A program made the position numbers and the translations under genes. The notes under the pieces are model-generated. The model ran no database searches and had not been told where the DNA came from. It worked only from the letters and a program-made list of their open reading frames with translations. Source: an uncultured Candidatus Actinomarina sp. (GTDB lineage Bacteria; Actinomycetota; Acidimicrobiia; Actinomarinales; Actinomarinaceae). From it: DNA of 34,694 bases. Of the stretch, positions 1 through 8,890 are shown one piece after another (position 1 is the first letter of the stretch; every line of letters begins with the position of its first letter). Location of the stretch: NCBI GenBank assembly GCA_964551955.1, contig CAZKFE010000002.1, forward strand, positions 1 to 34,694. The letters run 5' to 3'.

Positions 1-193
1 CCATAAGTCTTGCAACAGGTGGTTTACTTTCTGGCGATACTTCAACAAGATCTAAATCTAATTCTTCAGCTACTATTATTGCCTTTTTTAACTCTAAAAC
101 TCCGATTTGTACTCCATCAGGTGCTATAACTAGTAATTTTTTAGATTTAATATCATCATTTATATTAAGTTCCGGTATAAGTACTCCTTTCAT
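1..193 (-). CDS. infC: translation initiation factor IF-3, N-terminal part (gene runs off the left edge)
   Basis: Not in the ORF track because it is open at the window edge. My minus-strand translation from ATG 193..191 is MKGVLIPELNINDDIKSKKLLVIAPDGVQIGVLELKKAIIVAEELDLDLVEVSPESKPPVARLM. This matches the IF-3 N-domain pattern (IN-x-x-I, DG-x-Q-x-G, LDLVEVSP-x3-PPV-x-R-[IL]-M). The true start may be the in-frame ATA at 178..176 (see findings). Confidence 0.85.
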   Translation of the reverse strand, partial: MKGVLIPELNINDDIKSKKLLVIAPDGVQIGVLELKKAIIVAEELDLDLVEVSPESKPPVARLM

Positions 194-219
194 AAAAAAA
201 ACAGCACGAAGCTGTTTTA
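194..219 (-). terminator. intrinsic (rho-independent) terminator candidate downstream of ribH, abutting the infC start
   Basis: The minus-strand RNA reads 5'-GUAAAACAGC UUCGU GCUGUUUU UUUU-AUG. It has an 8-bp stem (AAAACAGC/GCUGUUUU, + coordinates 197..204 and 210..217), a 5-nt loop and a run of eight U. It is the only convincing stem-plus-U-tract I found in the window. Confidence 0.5.
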
Positions 220-290
220 CTTACTCCACTATTGTTCACAGTGGGTGGAACATTGTTCGCTTAATCAATTATATCTTAAAATATTATATA
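220..290 (-). promoter_or_regulatory. ribH-infC spacer: possible infC promoter and structured leader
   Basis: The minus strand has TTGATA-15nt-TATAAT (TATAAT = + coordinates 268..273). Downstream is a direct repeat GAACAAT (+ 231..237 and 252..258) and two mutually exclusive 5-bp hairpins (226..230:240..244 versus 233..237:248..252). In an AT-rich background the promoter call is weak. Confidence 0.3.
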
Positions 291-683
291 TCAACAAAAT
301 AAAAAATTAATAGCTTCTGCTGATTCTGAACCTTTGTTATTTTTATTACCTGAACGTTCGTATGCTTGTTTTAAAGTATGAACATTAAGAACACAGTTTG
401 CAATGTAAATATCATTCTTAATCGATAGGTTTATAAGACCATTAGCTACAGAATTAGATATATACTCATAATGATCAGTTTGTCCTTTAGCAATAACTCC
501 AACAGCAATAAATATTTTATAATCTTTAGACAACGTATTGATTTTATAAACTATGTCCCAACTACCAGGCACTTTATACGTAGATAGTTCGAATGAGTTA
601 TCGATACTATTATCTATACCGATTAAAAGATTCTTAATGATATCAGGATAATATTCAGAGTATACAACAGCTACTTTATTCAT
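291..683 (-). CDS. ribH: 6,7-dimethyl-8-ribityllumazine synthase (short form, 130 aa)
   Basis: Lumazine synthase core motifs are present: KVPGSWDIV (VPGA-x-E-x-P-like), [24 protein letters not shown] (G-x-VIRG-x-T-x-H-[FY]-[ED]-[YV] pattern) and NKGSESAEA. It is the last gene of the rib cluster. Confidence 0.9.
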   Translation of the reverse strand: MNKVAVVYSEYYPDIIKNLLIGIDNSIDNSFELSTYKVPGSWDIVYKINTLSKDYKIFIAVGVIAKGQTDHYEYISNSVANGLINLSIKNDIYIANCVLNVHTLKQAYERSGNKNNKGSESAEAINFLFC

Positions 684-1878
684 CAGAGAAATTATGACCC
701 ATTTTTTCTTGTTTTGTATCTAAATACGTTTCATTCTCTTTAGTCTTATTTCCAATAAGAGGTGTTCGTTTTGTAATATTTAAACCGAATCCTTCTAGAC
801 CAGCTCTTTTTGATGGATTATTAGTTAATATATTCATATTAGTAATACCTAAATCCCTCAAAATTAAAGCACCAGTACCGTAATCGCGTTGATCCATTTT
901 AAATCCTAATTTTAAATTAGCATCAACGGTATCGTCTCCATCATCTTGTAATGAATATGCTTTAATTTTATTGCCCAAGCCGATACCTCTACCTTCATGA
1001 CCTCGCATATAAAGTAATACTCCTGATCCATTTTTTGTTATAGCTTTGAAGGCATTTTCTAGTTGTGAACCACAATCACATTTATTTGAAAATAAAACAT
1101 CCCCTGTAAGACATTCTGAATGAACTCTTACCATGGCCTCATTGTTTTCAAGATAATTATTATATGTTAATGCTATATGCTCAGTATTGTCCAGATTGTC
1201 TTTGTATACATGAGCTGTAAATTCACCATATTCGGTAGGCACTATTGCTTTAGAAACAAAAGTTATCATGTCTGTTTTTTTTATTCTGTACTCAATTAAA
1301 TCTTTGATTGTTCCAATTGGTAAATTATGTTCTTTAGAAAAGTTTATTAGATCTTCATAGCGCGCCATAGAGCCATCTTCATTAATAATTTCGCAAATTA
1401 CAGCTACTGGATAGTGATCTGATATTTTACATAAATCTATAGCAGCTTCTGTATGGCCGGCTCTACGTAAAACCCCTCCATCCATAGACTGGAGTGGAAA
1501 TATATGACCAGGTACATTAAAATTTTCTCTAGTTGAGTTTTCATTACACAAACCTTTAATAGTTTTATATCTATCTTCAGCTGAAATACCTGTAGTTACC
1601 CCATCTCCTTTTAGATCAACTGATGCAGTGAACTGAGTTTCAGTCTCATTATTAACACCTATCATTAATGAAAGATCTAACTTATGCGCTATTTCTGTAG
1701 CAATAGGAGCACAAACTAATCCTTTTCCTTTAGTAATCATGAAATTAATATGATCAGGAGTCAGATATTCAGAGGATACTACAAGATCACCTTCGTTTTC
1801 TCTTTCTTCATCATCAATTAAGATAATCATTTCACCGGCTTTAAATTTACTAATGATAGTTTCAATATCACTTATCAT
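676..1878 (-). CDS. ribBA: bifunctional 3,4-dihydroxy-2-butanone-4-phosphate synthase / GTP cyclohydrolase II
   Basis: DHBP synthase N-half: [27 protein letters not shown] cyclohydrolase II C-half: [27 protein letters not shown]. It overlaps ribH by 8 nt. Confidence 0.95.
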   Translation of the reverse strand: MISDIETIISKFKAGEMIILIDDEERENEGDLVVSSEYLTPDHINFMITKGKGLVCAPIATEIAHKLDLSLMIGVNNETETQFTASVDLKGDGVTTGISAEDRYKTIKGLCNENSTRENFNVPGHIFPLQSMDGGVLRRAGHTEAAIDLCKISDHYPVAVICEIINEDGSMARYEDLINFSKEHNLPIGTIKDLIEYRIKKTDMITFVSKAIVPTEYGEFTAHVYKDNLDNTEHIALTYNNYLENNEAMVRVHSECLTGDVLFSNKCDCGSQLENAFKAITKNGSGVLLYMRGHEGRGIGLGNKIKAYSLQDDGDDTVDANLKLGFKMDQRDYGTGALILRDLGITNMNILTNNPSKRAGLEGFGLNITKRTPLIGNKTKENETYLDTKQEKMGHNFSDE

Positions 1879-2446
1879 TAATCAACCTCTCAACATATTT
1901 AGATAAAATATCATATTCAATATTAACTTGTGTATCTGGTTCTAAGTATTTAAAATTTGTTCTTTTAAATGTTTCATTAACTACTGCAACACTGAATTCA
2001 TTTTGAACAGGTTTGTTAGTAGTTAAAGATACGCCATTTATAGCTATAGATCCTTTATCAACTAAATATCTAGAATTATTACAAGTAAACTTGAAATTCC
2101 ATAAAGTGTTTCCTTCTTCTGTAATTTCAATAACCTTTGCTACTTCATCAACGTGCCCTTGGACTATATGTCCGCTTAGTAAGTCATTCGGTTTTATAGG
2201 AAGCTCTAAATTTACGTAATCGTTTTTTTTATAGTTTTTGATAATACTGCGATTTAAACTTTCATTTGATATTTGAAATATGATATTGTTATTTTCAATT
2301 GACTTACTTGTCAAACACACGCCATCAACAGAAACGCTTGTTCCAGTATCAATATTATTAAATGCGTTATCTTCGGTATTTATATATAACGAATTATCAA
2401 AAAAATCTGTTACAACACCAATATTTTGAATTATTCCAGTAAACAT
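1868..2446 (-). CDS. ribE: riboflavin synthase alpha chain
   Basis: Canonical N-terminus [10 protein letters not shown] and the duplicated lumazine-binding repeat ([10 protein letters not shown] / [10 protein letters not shown]). Confidence 0.93.
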   Translation of the reverse strand: MFTGIIQNIGVVTDFFDNSLYINTEDNAFNNIDTGTSVSVDGVCLTSKSIENNNIIFQISNESLNRSIIKNYKKNDYVNLELPIKPNDLLSGHIVQGHVDEVAKVIEITEEGNTLWNFKFTCNNSRYLVDKGSIAINGVSLTTNKPVQNEFSVAVVNETFKRTNFKYLEPDTQVNIEYDILSKYVERLINDK

Positions 2447-3462
2447 TATTTTCTAGTATAAATTATTAATTGGTTATCTTTAAGTAAAAAATTATTCTCT
2501 TTAATATATTTATTTTTAAATCCATAATGATCAGAAAAGTTCATATATAAGCCATTGTCAATAATATTTTCTGAACGAAATTCATAAAATTTATAATACA
2601 TATTATTTTCAAAAAATAACTCGTGTATATATTTACCACCTTCGACAAGAACAGTTCTGCAATTATTTTTAATTAAAATATTTTCTAACTCATTTAATGA
2701 ATTTGATTCAATAAAAATATATTCTTTGAAATTTTCATTATTTTTTACTTTTTTTGGCACCCTTGATCCCCACCAAATTATTTTTAATGGAACATTGTTA
2801 GATTTATGTAAATCGAGATTTCTAATATTTAAAAGAGGTTTGTCAACGATAAAAGTATTCTTACCTACTAGTACAGCATCGCAAGTAGCTCTTAAAATAT
2901 GTGAAACATCTAGAGAGATATCATTTGTTATATATCTGTCTTCAGAATTTGAATCGTATATAAAGTTATTACTTGAAATACCAATTTTTCCTAAATAAGT
3001 TACAGGTGATGAATTAGTTATATTTTCGTAATATGGATTAATCAGTTCATTGACTCCAGCCTCTATAGATACATTTACATCGTTATTCTTTAAATAATCA
3101 TAACTTTTACCTGATGTTCTAATGTCGATATCAATATCTCCAATAATAATATTTTTTATACTTGTTTTTAATAATTCTTTTGCACATGATGGTGAAGTGT
3201 CATCATGAAAACAAGGTTCTAATGTTACATATAGATAATCATCATCTTCTATATTTGAATGTTTTATTAAAGATATCTCAGCATGATCATCTCCTTTTTT
3301 AACATGATGTGAAATATTTTTTAAATTCATATTTTTATCAAATAACGCAGCACCAACTTTAGGGTTTGGATTTGGATTACTTTTTAAAGCTTCAATAGCA
3401 GCAATAGACATACCCTTTGATATATTCAAATAATCTAAAACATTAACCAAAAATAGCTCCAC
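2446..3462 (-). CDS. ribD: bifunctional riboflavin-biosynthesis deaminase/reductase
   Basis: Deaminase zinc motifs HAE (DDHAEISL) and LEPCFHDDTSPSCA, an NPNPNPKVGAALF N-terminus and a C-terminal RibD reductase-like half. The 5' end overlaps rpe by 20 nt; an alternative start is Met18 at 3411. Confidence 0.9.
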   Translation of the reverse strand: MELFLVNVLDYLNISKGMSIAAIEALKSNPNPNPKVGAALFDKNMNLKNISHHVKKGDDHAEISLIKHSNIEDDDYLYVTLEPCFHDDTSPSCAKELLKTSIKNIIIGDIDIDIRTSGKSYDYLKNNDVNVSIEAGVNELINPYYENITNSSPVTYLGKIGISSNNFIYDSNSEDRYITNDISLDVSHILRATCDAVLVGKNTFIVDKPLLNIRNLDLHKSNNVPLKIIWWGSRVPKKVKNNENFKEYIFIESNSLNELENILIKNNCRTVLVEGGKYIHELFFENNMYYKFYEFRSENIIDNGLYMNFSDHYGFKNKYIKENNFLLKDNQLIIYTRK

Positions 3463-4054
3463 CTTGAACAGTTATATCTACACCTAGATTTTCTAATTCT
3501 TCTTTCATATTATTTGTTACGCCACCATCTACTATGATTTCCCCTTTAAAATCGGGATAGAATTCCAAAAATTCTTTAACTCTTTTTATTGGTGAGACTA
3601 TTGGTTCTTGATTAGAAAAACCAGGGTTTACACATAGCAGTAAAACGTATTTAATATTTAATTCTTCATTATCAATATAACTTTTTAAAATACTTATATC
3701 TGAAGAGCCTAAAATCCCAATTCCAGTTTCAATATTATATTGATTATTCATAATATCTAAAAAATGATTTATTGATTTAGATTCAACATGTAATGATGCT
3801 TTAATAATATTTTTACTTATATTTATCAAATTATTTAGAATTTCAGGGTAACTATTAGTCATAAAATGTAAATCGATTATAAATTCAGGGTTATCAATTA
3901 ACTTATATACAATTTCATCAGAGACACCATAGGTAGGGCAAAAATCATTATCAGCTATATCAATATGAACGTAATCATATAAATCCTTTTTAGTTATTAA
4001 TTCATTAATTACGTTGTCTTGATCTGCAGCTAATATACTTGCTGAAATTTTCAT
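3443..4054 (-). CDS. rpe: ribulose-phosphate 3-epimerase
   Basis: MKISASILAAD start, HIDIADNDF, VNPGFSNQ and VDGGV motifs of the RPE TIM barrel. It lies between fmt and ribD, as in Mycobacterium. Confidence 0.9.
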   Translation of the reverse strand: MKISASILAADQDNVINELITKKDLYDYVHIDIADNDFCPTYGVSDEIVYKLIDNPEFIIDLHFMTNSYPEILNNLINISKNIIKASLHVESKSINHFLDIMNNQYNIETGIGILGSSDISILKSYIDNEELNIKYVLLLCVNPGFSNQEPIVSPIKRVKEFLEFYPDFKGEIIVDGGVTNNMKEELENLGVDITVQGGAIFG

Positions 4055-4866
4055 TTAAGACCTCTAACATAATCTTCCATTAACATTCTATTTTTTCCTT
4101 CAGGTGTTATTTCAAGAGGAAATATATAACCATCTTCAACTTTAAAACCTGATTCTCTAGATTCATTAACATAATTGTGTATTTTTATAACTTTATTGTC
4201 GTGAACAATATATGCTGGACCGATTACATCAAAAGCTCTAATTTTCTTTAACGCCATTTCAACTGAATTATCATTTATACAAAAATCATTCTTTGAAAAT
4301 TTATTTGTATATGTTGTATTTGATTTTTCTTGTTTTTGTAATTTGAGTGTATCATTTGTTATCTTATTATATGAGTTACTAAAGTCGATAAACATTAATT
4401 CATATATATTTGAAGCATAAGGATCGTCATTAAAATTTATTTTATTATTAAAAAGTACAGGGCCGCCATCAATAAATTTATTAATTTTGAAAATAGTATA
4501 TCCAAATTCACTTTCACCACTTAATATTTGTGTTTCAACTGGTGATGGACCTTTAAATTTTGGAAGTAAACTCAAATGTACATTATAAATATCATTATTA
4601 TTCTTTAAAAATTTATCGCTAAATATGTTTTTAAAACTTACACAAAGGCCATTATTCATATCATCATAAGTATCTTTTTGATTGAAATACTTGTAATTAA
4701 TATTCTTTTTAATACAAAAACTTTCAACAGGATTATGTTTTAATTTATTTCCCCTACCTCTTTTTAATGGTGCTGTAGTTACAACTGAAATATCATTATT
4801 TTGCTTATAAATGAATTCTAAATAAATTACACTTCTATTATCGGAACCAAAAAAATAATTAAACAT
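4051..4866 (-). CDS. fmt: methionyl-tRNA formyltransferase (divergent, 271 aa)
   Basis: VVTTAPLKRGRGNKL (VVT-x-PD-x-P-x-GRG-x-K-like) and NVHLSLLPKFKGPSPVETQIL (NVH-x-SLLP-x-[YW]RG-x-[AS]P[IV]). It has the C-terminal Fmt domain and the def-fmt pairing. Confidence 0.85.
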   Translation of the reverse strand: MFNYFFGSDNRSVIYLEFIYKQNNDISVVTTAPLKRGRGNKLKHNPVESFCIKKNINYKYFNQKDTYDDMNNGLCVSFKNIFSDKFLKNNNDIYNVHLSLLPKFKGPSPVETQILSGESEFGYTIFKINKFIDGGPVLFNNKINFNDDPYASNIYELMFIDFSNSYNKITNDTLKLQKQEKSNTTYTNKFSKNDFCINDNSVEMALKKIRAFDVIGPAYIVHDNKVIKIHNYVNESRESGFKVEDGYIFPLEITPEGKNRMLMEDYVRGLK

Positions 4867-5353
4867 TTTTACCTGGAAATCCGTTTAGAGAAATATCTTG
4901 TAATGCTTGTTTTTTTGTTTTCCTATCCAAACAAGTAAGAAGCACCTTTCCTTTTAAATGATCTAATTCATGTTGAAGAACTCTACCTAGTAGATCATCT
5001 CCTTCGTATATTATATGATTCCCGTTTAAATCATAACAATCTAACTTGGCGAATTCTGGTCTTTCAATTTCCCAATAATAACCTGGTAATGAAAGACAGC
5101 CTTCAAGAAAATTTACTTTTCCAGATTTTTTAATTTTTTTGGGATTAATAGCTATACATGGACCCTCACCAACATCAAAAACAAAGACGTTTTTGTTAAT
5201 TCCAATTTGTGGCGCGGCCAAACCAACTCCTGGAGCTTCGTACATAATTTCAAACATCATATCTGTTAAATTTTTAAGTTCTTTATCAAAAGAATTGATG
5301 TCTGTTGATTTCATTTTTAATGAAGGATGTCCGAATGTAACAATGTCTAACAT
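4859..5353 (-). CDS. def: peptide deformylase
   Basis: All three PDF motifs are present: GVGLAAPQIG, EGCLSLPG, HELDHLKG. Confidence 0.95.
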   Translation of the reverse strand: MLDIVTFGHPSLKMKSTDINSFDKELKNLTDMMFEIMYEAPGVGLAAPQIGINKNVFVFDVGEGPCIAINPKKIKKSGKVNFLEGCLSLPGYYWEIERPEFAKLDCYDLNGNHIIYEGDDLLGRVLQHELDHLKGKVLLTCLDRKTKKQALQDISLNGFPGKNV

Positions 5354-6721
5354 CTAAATATTTCTTACTTTTATGGGATTAAACTTTTCTACTTCTGAAA
5401 ATAAACTCATTATTTCATTGTAATTAGTATTATTACTTAAAAATAACCTGATTTCATACTCGTATAAATTATCACTTATTTTAGGTCCTAGTACAATTTC
5501 ATTATTTTTTTCATTATTGAATTTGTAATTTGTAGAAAAATAATAAACTTTTTTATTTATATTGGGCCCATAATTATGACGGTCTTTAATTTCCTTCTTA
5601 GCTAATTTTTTTATATTATTTATTGAGAACATATCGTCTAAATTATGTTCTTTAGTTGAAATTATTATTACGTTTATATCATTAATTAAGCAATATTCTA
5701 ATTGATTCAATAATGAAATTAATCTAATTGAATTTAATGTATTATTGTAAGCAATTTTAGGATTAAACAATATAAATGTATCATTTTTACTACTTTCAAA
5801 GTTATCTGAAAAATTGTATTCACTGAAGTTTTCTTTTATTAATAGTGAGAATGTAAATGGATTTATTTTTTCTACATCATATTTGTTTATAAATATATTT
5901 ATACATTCTTCTAAATTATTTCCATATAAATAAGTAACATCATTATTAATTTCTATATTTTTTATATGATCTATAGAATTGAAAATATCTAAAGTGGGAA
6001 AATTATTGTAAAATATATAATTACCTCCAAAAATCATATTTTTATAGACAGCAGCTTCAACAATGTTTAAAGAATTTAATTTAGGAAGTTTATATGCAAT
6101 GTTATTTGTATCGTAAAAATGAAATATTACATTATCGTTAATATTTAAATAATTAAAATTGTTTGAAAGAATAATTATGTTTTTATATTCATTATTTTTT
6201 AGCAAAAAGTTATCAAGTTCATCTTTACCACCTGTTTTCTGATAGAAATCTAATGATATATTATTGCTATCTAATTTATTATATAATTTGTTGCATTCTT
6301 TTAATGAAGGTACGATAAATACATTTTGATGCTTGTCAGACACATTCGTAAATAAACTATCAAGTCCTTGAAGTTTGTATTTAAAATTATTTACTTTTTT
6401 TTGCTTTAAATAATTTTTAATATTAAAAAATTCAGAAAGTAATATTCCAATATTAAGAAAATTTGCTAGTGACAACATTTTTAAATATTCAAATTGATGT
6501 CTTGATAATGAATTTATAATTTTTAATACTTCGTTAACTTTTCTTTTATCGTTTACTTCAACATTTGTATTTACTACTACAGCATTATATTTTTTATTTC
6601 TAAACAACACCTCCACTATTGAGCCTATTTGAATATTTTTGACTAACTTTTCAGGAACTTTATAAGTAAATTGAACAAATTTATATGTATTGTTGTAGAT
6701 CAGTTCAACATCAATATACAC
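5354..6721 (-). CDS. priA: PriA-like primosomal protein N', degenerate (no ATPase or zinc motifs), GTG start
   Basis: The N-terminus FVQFTYKVPEKLVKNIQIGSIVEVLFRNKKYNAVVV matches the PriA 3'-DNA-binding domain pattern. The C-terminus IVLGPKISDNLYEYEIRLFL resembles the PriA CTD. It sits between coaBC and def-fmt, the position of priA in Gram-positives. Walker A, DExH and the Cys-rich region are absent (see findings). Confidence 0.6.
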   Translation of the reverse strand: MYIDVELIYNNTYKFVQFTYKVPEKLVKNIQIGSIVEVLFRNKKYNAVVVNTNVEVNDKRKVNEVLKIINSLSRHQFEYLKMLSLANFLNIGILLSEFFNIKNYLKQKKVNNFKYKLQGLDSLFTNVSDKHQNVFIVPSLKECNKLYNKLDSNNISLDFYQKTGGKDELDNFLLKNNEYKNIIILSNNFNYLNINDNVIFHFYDTNNIAYKLPKLNSLNIVEAAVYKNMIFGGNYIFYNNFPTLDIFNSIDHIKNIEINNDVTYLYGNNLEECINIFINKYDVEKINPFTFSLLIKENFSEYNFSDNFESSKNDTFILFNPKIAYNNTLNSIRLISLLNQLEYCLINDINVIIISTKEHNLDDMFSINNIKKLAKKEIKDRHNYGPNINKKVYYFSTNYKFNNEKNNEIVLGPKISDNLYEYEIRLFLSNNTNYNEIMSLFSEVEKFNPIKVRNI

Positions 6722-6726
6722 GGTTA

Positions 6727-7836
6727 TTACAAAGTATTAGCGATAATATGCTTAGCTATTATATTTTTATCTTCATTTACTGATTCATAAATTAATTTAT
6801 CTTTATCTATAATAAAAATTTTATTGTTTACTGATCCAAACGGGTTAGTGTTTAAATTATTAATAACAAGATAATCACATTTCTTATCATTTAACTTTTC
6901 ATAGTTTAATTCATCATTTAATTGTGCAGAAAAAGCTGTCACTTTAATATCCTTATACTTATGCTTGATAGACTTAATAATATCAATATTGGGAGACAGT
7001 TTTAAATCAAATTCACCATCTTCTCTGTTTATTTTTCCATTAAATTTTACTGGGATAAAATCAGAAACTGCTGATGTCATATAAATAAATTTAACCTTTT
7101 CAATGTTGTTGATTATTTCATTATATAAATCTTTAGAGGAGCTGTACTTAATGTTTTTAGCATGAGGTACACTATCAATCTTATCTGAATGAATATATAC
7201 TACTTCATAACCCCTTGATAAAAGTTCAAAAGCTATTGCTCGCCCCTGCTTTCCTGTTGATGTGTTAGTAATTCCTCTAACTGAATCAATTTCTTCATAT
7301 GTTGGACCTGAAGTTACTATAATCTTTATTTTGTTTCCATTTAATATATCAATAATTTCACTAGGTTCTATAAGTCTTCCTAATCCTTCATCTCCAATAT
7401 CTAATTTTCCAAATCTTGGACCGCAAATAATATGTTTGCTAGATAGATCTAAAATGTTAGATTGTATAGTTTTATCTAAATACATCTCTTCATGCATTGC
7501 TGGAGCTAAATAAATACTTTTTTTATACATTAACATTGTTGATAAAAGTAGATCATCGGCTATACCACTGTTTAATTTTGAAATAAAATTTGCAGTTGCT
7601 GGATAAATTAATACTTTATCAGCCCATCGTGAGAGTTCAATATGAGGAGAACCACTCATATCATCCCATGAAGATAAAATATGATTATTTGATTTGAAAT
7701 TCTTACTTAAATATTTGAGACCTTCAGTAGTGGAAATTATTTTTATATTATATGATTCTTCTAATAAATTATATAATTTTTCAGTTTTTGAAGCAGCTAT
7801 ACTACCTGTAACGCCAAGTAGTAAATTTTGATTCAT
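6727..7836 (-). CDS. coaBC: bifunctional phosphopantothenoylcysteine decarboxylase / phosphopantothenate-cysteine ligase
   Basis: CoaC N-half: LLGVTGSIAASKT, PAMHEEMY. CoaB C-half: TSGPTYEEID, ITNTSTGKQG, AAVSDF-like SAVSDF. Confidence 0.9.
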   Translation of the reverse strand: MNQNLLLGVTGSIAASKTEKLYNLLEESYNIKIISTTEGLKYLSKNFKSNNHILSSWDDMSGSPHIELSRWADKVLIYPATANFISKLNSGIADDLLLSTMLMYKKSIYLAPAMHEEMYLDKTIQSNILDLSSKHIICGPRFGKLDIGDEGLGRLIEPSEIIDILNGNKIKIIVTSGPTYEEIDSVRGITNTSTGKQGRAIAFELLSRGYEVVYIHSDKIDSVPHAKNIKYSSSKDLYNEIINNIEKVKFIYMTSAVSDFIPVKFNGKINREDGEFDLKLSPNIDIIKSIKHKYKDIKVTAFSAQLNDELNYEKLNDKKCDYLVINNLNTNPFGSVNNKIFIIDKDKLIYESVNEDKNIIAKHIIANTL

Positions 7837-7842
7837 AAAAAG

Positions 7843-8070
7843 TTACTCTTTTTCGGAAACCTCTACCTTACCAGCAGCAATTTCTTCAAATGCAACTGTC
7901 AGTGGTTTTCTACTTAAACTTTGTACCTGTGGAGGTGTATATGCTCCTATACCCTCTCCTAATTGATTAAAATATGAATTTATATCTTTTGCTCTTCTTG
8001 CAGAAGATATAACTAATGCAAATCTTCCTGGAGTTTTTTCTAATAAATCTTCAATTGGTGGTTTTATCAT
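7843..8070 (-). CDS. rpoZ: DNA-directed RNA polymerase subunit omega
   Basis: MIKPPIEDLLEKTPGRFALVISSARRAKDIN matches the omega core (NPPIDELL...YALV...A-x-RARQI). I prefer ATG 8070 because it forms an ATGA overlap with the gmk stop and has GAGGA 4 nt upstream. The ORF track extends to 8088. Confidence 0.9.
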   Translation of the reverse strand: MIKPPIEDLLEKTPGRFALVISSARRAKDINSYFNQLGEGIGAYTPPQVQSLSRKPLTVAFEEIAAGKVEVSEKE

Positions 8071-8600
8071 GCTTCCTCTAAGGTACATATTATATCAAGA
8101 ATATTCTTAACAGTAGTATTAATATCAACATTATTAACAATGTAATCAAATATATCTGCTTTAGAACGTTGTTCATTAGCAAGTTTCATTCTGTTATTGA
8201 TAAAGTTGTCATCATGACCACGAGTTAATAATCTATTAACTAATTCATCATCATCTATATCTATAAAAATTCCAATAAAATCAGAATTTCTTTCTAGCAA
8301 CTTAGTTGCGCCATTAACTTCAACATCAAGAACGATGATATTATCCGTATTTAATAATTGTTCATGACCAGTTCCGTAATAATCTGTACCGTATTTTTCA
8401 TATTCTATGAAATAATTATTTTTGATTAGTTCTAAGAACTCTTTTTTTGTGACAAAGAAATAATCTTTACCGTGAGTTTCATTGTGTCTTATTTCTCTTG
8501 TTGTGTGTGAAATTGAAAAATATAATTGCTTATGCTTAACTAATTCATTTATAATTGTTGATTTTCCAACGCCTGATGGTCCACTAAATATGATTATCAT
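8067..8600 (-). CDS. gmk: guanylate kinase
   Basis: P-loop FSGPSGVGKST, the SHTTR motif and the GMP-binding Y-x-E-x-x-G-x-x-YGT region. Confidence 0.93.
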   Translation of the reverse strand: MIIIFSGPSGVGKSTIINELVKHKQLYFSISHTTREIRHNETHGKDYFFVTKKEFLELIKNNYFIEYEKYGTDYYGTGHEQLLNTDNIIVLDVEVNGATKLLERNSDFIGIFIDIDDDELVNRLLTRGHDDNFINNRMKLANEQRSKADIFDYIVNNVDINTTVKNILDIICTLEEA

Positions 8601-8890
8601 TATTTACCGCCATACTTAGCGATGGATAATATTGCAACATTGTCTAATTCTTTAATTTTTGTATTTTCGTCAAGATTAATTGTTTCAAGAAATCTTGCTG
8701 TATTGACTTTTCCTAATTTTTTATTTGAAGTGAGATATTTATGTACTCTTATAGTATTCAATTCATTATTTTTAACGTTATTAGTAAGAGAATGATAAAT
8801 AAAGCTTTCATCGTTATCAAACGATTTAATAAAATCAAATCTAATGCTTTTTATTCTTTTTATATTCTTAACTATTTCTTTATAACTCAT
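8600..8890 (-). CDS. mihF: actinobacterial integration host factor mIHF
   Basis: The C-terminal half IRVHKYLTSNKKLGKVNTARFLETINLDENTKIKEL parallels mycobacterial mIHF (V-x-x-LL-x-x-LP-x-VGKVKA-x-x-IM-x-x-L-x-I). It lies immediately upstream of gmk-rpoZ, as in Mycobacterium and Streptomyces. Confidence 0.7.
   Translation of the reverse strand: MSYKEIVKNIKRIKSIRFDFIKSFDNDESFIYHSLTNNVKNNELNTIRVHKYLTSNKKLGKVNTARFLETINLDENTKIKELDNVAILSIAKYGGK

Noticed and set aside
2446-4054. A search for an FMN (RFN) riboswitch upstream of the rib genes and for a T-box or operator leader upstream of thrS, alaS, aspS and hisS.
   Set aside because: There is no non-coding DNA to hold them. ribD overlaps rpe by 20 nt. 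The aaRS genes have spacers of 0-3 nt or overlaps. The thrS upstream spacer is only 74 nt, well short of a T-box.
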